64,000 bases of DNA from an uncultured Acidobacteriota bacterium (GTDB lineage Bacteria; Acidobacteriota; UBA6911; RPQK01; JAPXNP01): the NCBI GenBank assembly GCA_963777605.1, contig CAVZRV010000027.1, positions 540,982-604,981 of the forward strand. The letters are read 5' to 3'. Of the stretch, positions 63,500 to 64,000 are shown piece by piece. The notes below the pieces were generated by a model. The model was not told where the DNA came from. It did not search any database and worked only from the letters and a program-made list of their open reading frames with translations. The first letter of the stretch is position 1, and every line of letters starts with the position of its first letter. Position numbers and translations under genes: made by a program.

Positions 63500-64000
63500 G
63501 AGTCCACCTGCTGCCGATCGAGCCTTTCGAAGAACGCTACACGGGCCAGTGGATGCGCTGGTGGCCACGGGACCTGAAGGAGTGCGGAGCCGAGGTCAAC
63601 CTGATCTGCGGTGAAGACGTCGGAGAGCGCCGCTCCGGGGAATTCCTCGACCCGACGGACACGTGGATCTGGAAGGGGACGCAGGTCGCGGAACTGGCCC
63701 GCCAGTGGAGCAACGTCAAGGATGGTGACTGGCTCCTGTCACTGGACGGCTGGGGACCGGCTACGACCGCCGCCGCGTACATGAGGGACACGACGGGGAA
63801 GAAGGTGAAAATCGCCATCTTCATGCACGCCGGTTCCTACGACCCGGCGGATTTCCTGTCCCGCGTCGGCACGTTCACGTGGGCCTTGGACGTGGAACGC
63901 AGCTTCGTTGCGTGTGCCGACCTCGTGCTGGTCGGCTCCGAGTACCACGCCAAGCTGCTCACCTCCATGCTCGGGTTCCCGCACGCCACCGACAAGATCG
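63496..64000 (+). CDS. Phage-type GT-B glycosyltransferase, 5' part (runs off the right edge)
   Basis: Not in the ORF track. Translation MRVHLLPIEPFEERYTGQW...GEFLD...K..Q...VKDGD.....DGW.P...YM...HAGSYDPADFLSR matches my recollection of phage glycosyltransferases; ATGA-coupled to the DpdA-like gene. Confidence 0.65.
   Translation, partial: MRVHLLPIEPFEERYTGQWMRWWPRDLKECGAEVNLICGEDVGERRSGEFLDPTDTWIWKGTQVAELARQWSNVKDGDWLLSLDGWGPATTAAAYMRDTTGKKVKIAIFMHAGSYDPADFLSRVGTFTWALDVERSFVACADLVLVGSEYHAKLLTSMLGFPHATDKI

Larger units (their letters stand above)
38150..64000 (+). mobile_element. Mosaic prophage/ICE-like element (boundaries uncertain; no integrase in the window)
   Basis: Phage-type replication genes, DUF1064, ardC, ParB/DpdA cluster, tRNA-derived att-like repeats, and regulatory motifs shared across 38-61 kb. 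Confidence 0.65.

Noticed and set aside
1-64000. CRISPR array or rRNA
   Set aside because: No regularly spaced repeats or rRNA-like sequence seen by eye.

Overview
GC-rich bacterial genome segment, with gene content suggesting Acidobacteriota (inference). Many genes are split by single-base indels that look like long-read errors. Positions 1-37.9 kb are host chromosome: an FHA protein and a Ser/Thr kinase-TPR protein, secreted hydrolases, a group 3c [NiFe]-hydrogenase operon (mvhG-mvhA-protease-hdrA-mvhD-tusA), pentose catabolism genes, peptidoglycan-recycling-type genes and nucleoside salvage genes. From about 38.2 kb to the end lies a mosaic prophage/ICE-like element. Its + strand backbone carries a replication module, two small-gene operons driven by matching sigma70 promoters with a shared palindromic operator, ardC, and a QueD-like/ParB/DpdA-like/glycosyltransferase DNA-modification cluster. 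The backbone is interrupted by cargo: an orphan RHS toxin with immunity-like genes, six related secreted proteins, and a TonB-domain gene between two tRNA-Leu(TAA) 3'-half repeats. The most notable signal is a predicted ~73-nt two-hairpin small RNA (41388-41460, minus strand). Its unpaired linker is complementary to a conserved 'GAACGGCAATG'-type start-associated motif covering the RBS/start region of four element genes, including ardC. This suggests a two-layer (operator plus antisense RNA) regulon over probable anti-defence genes.
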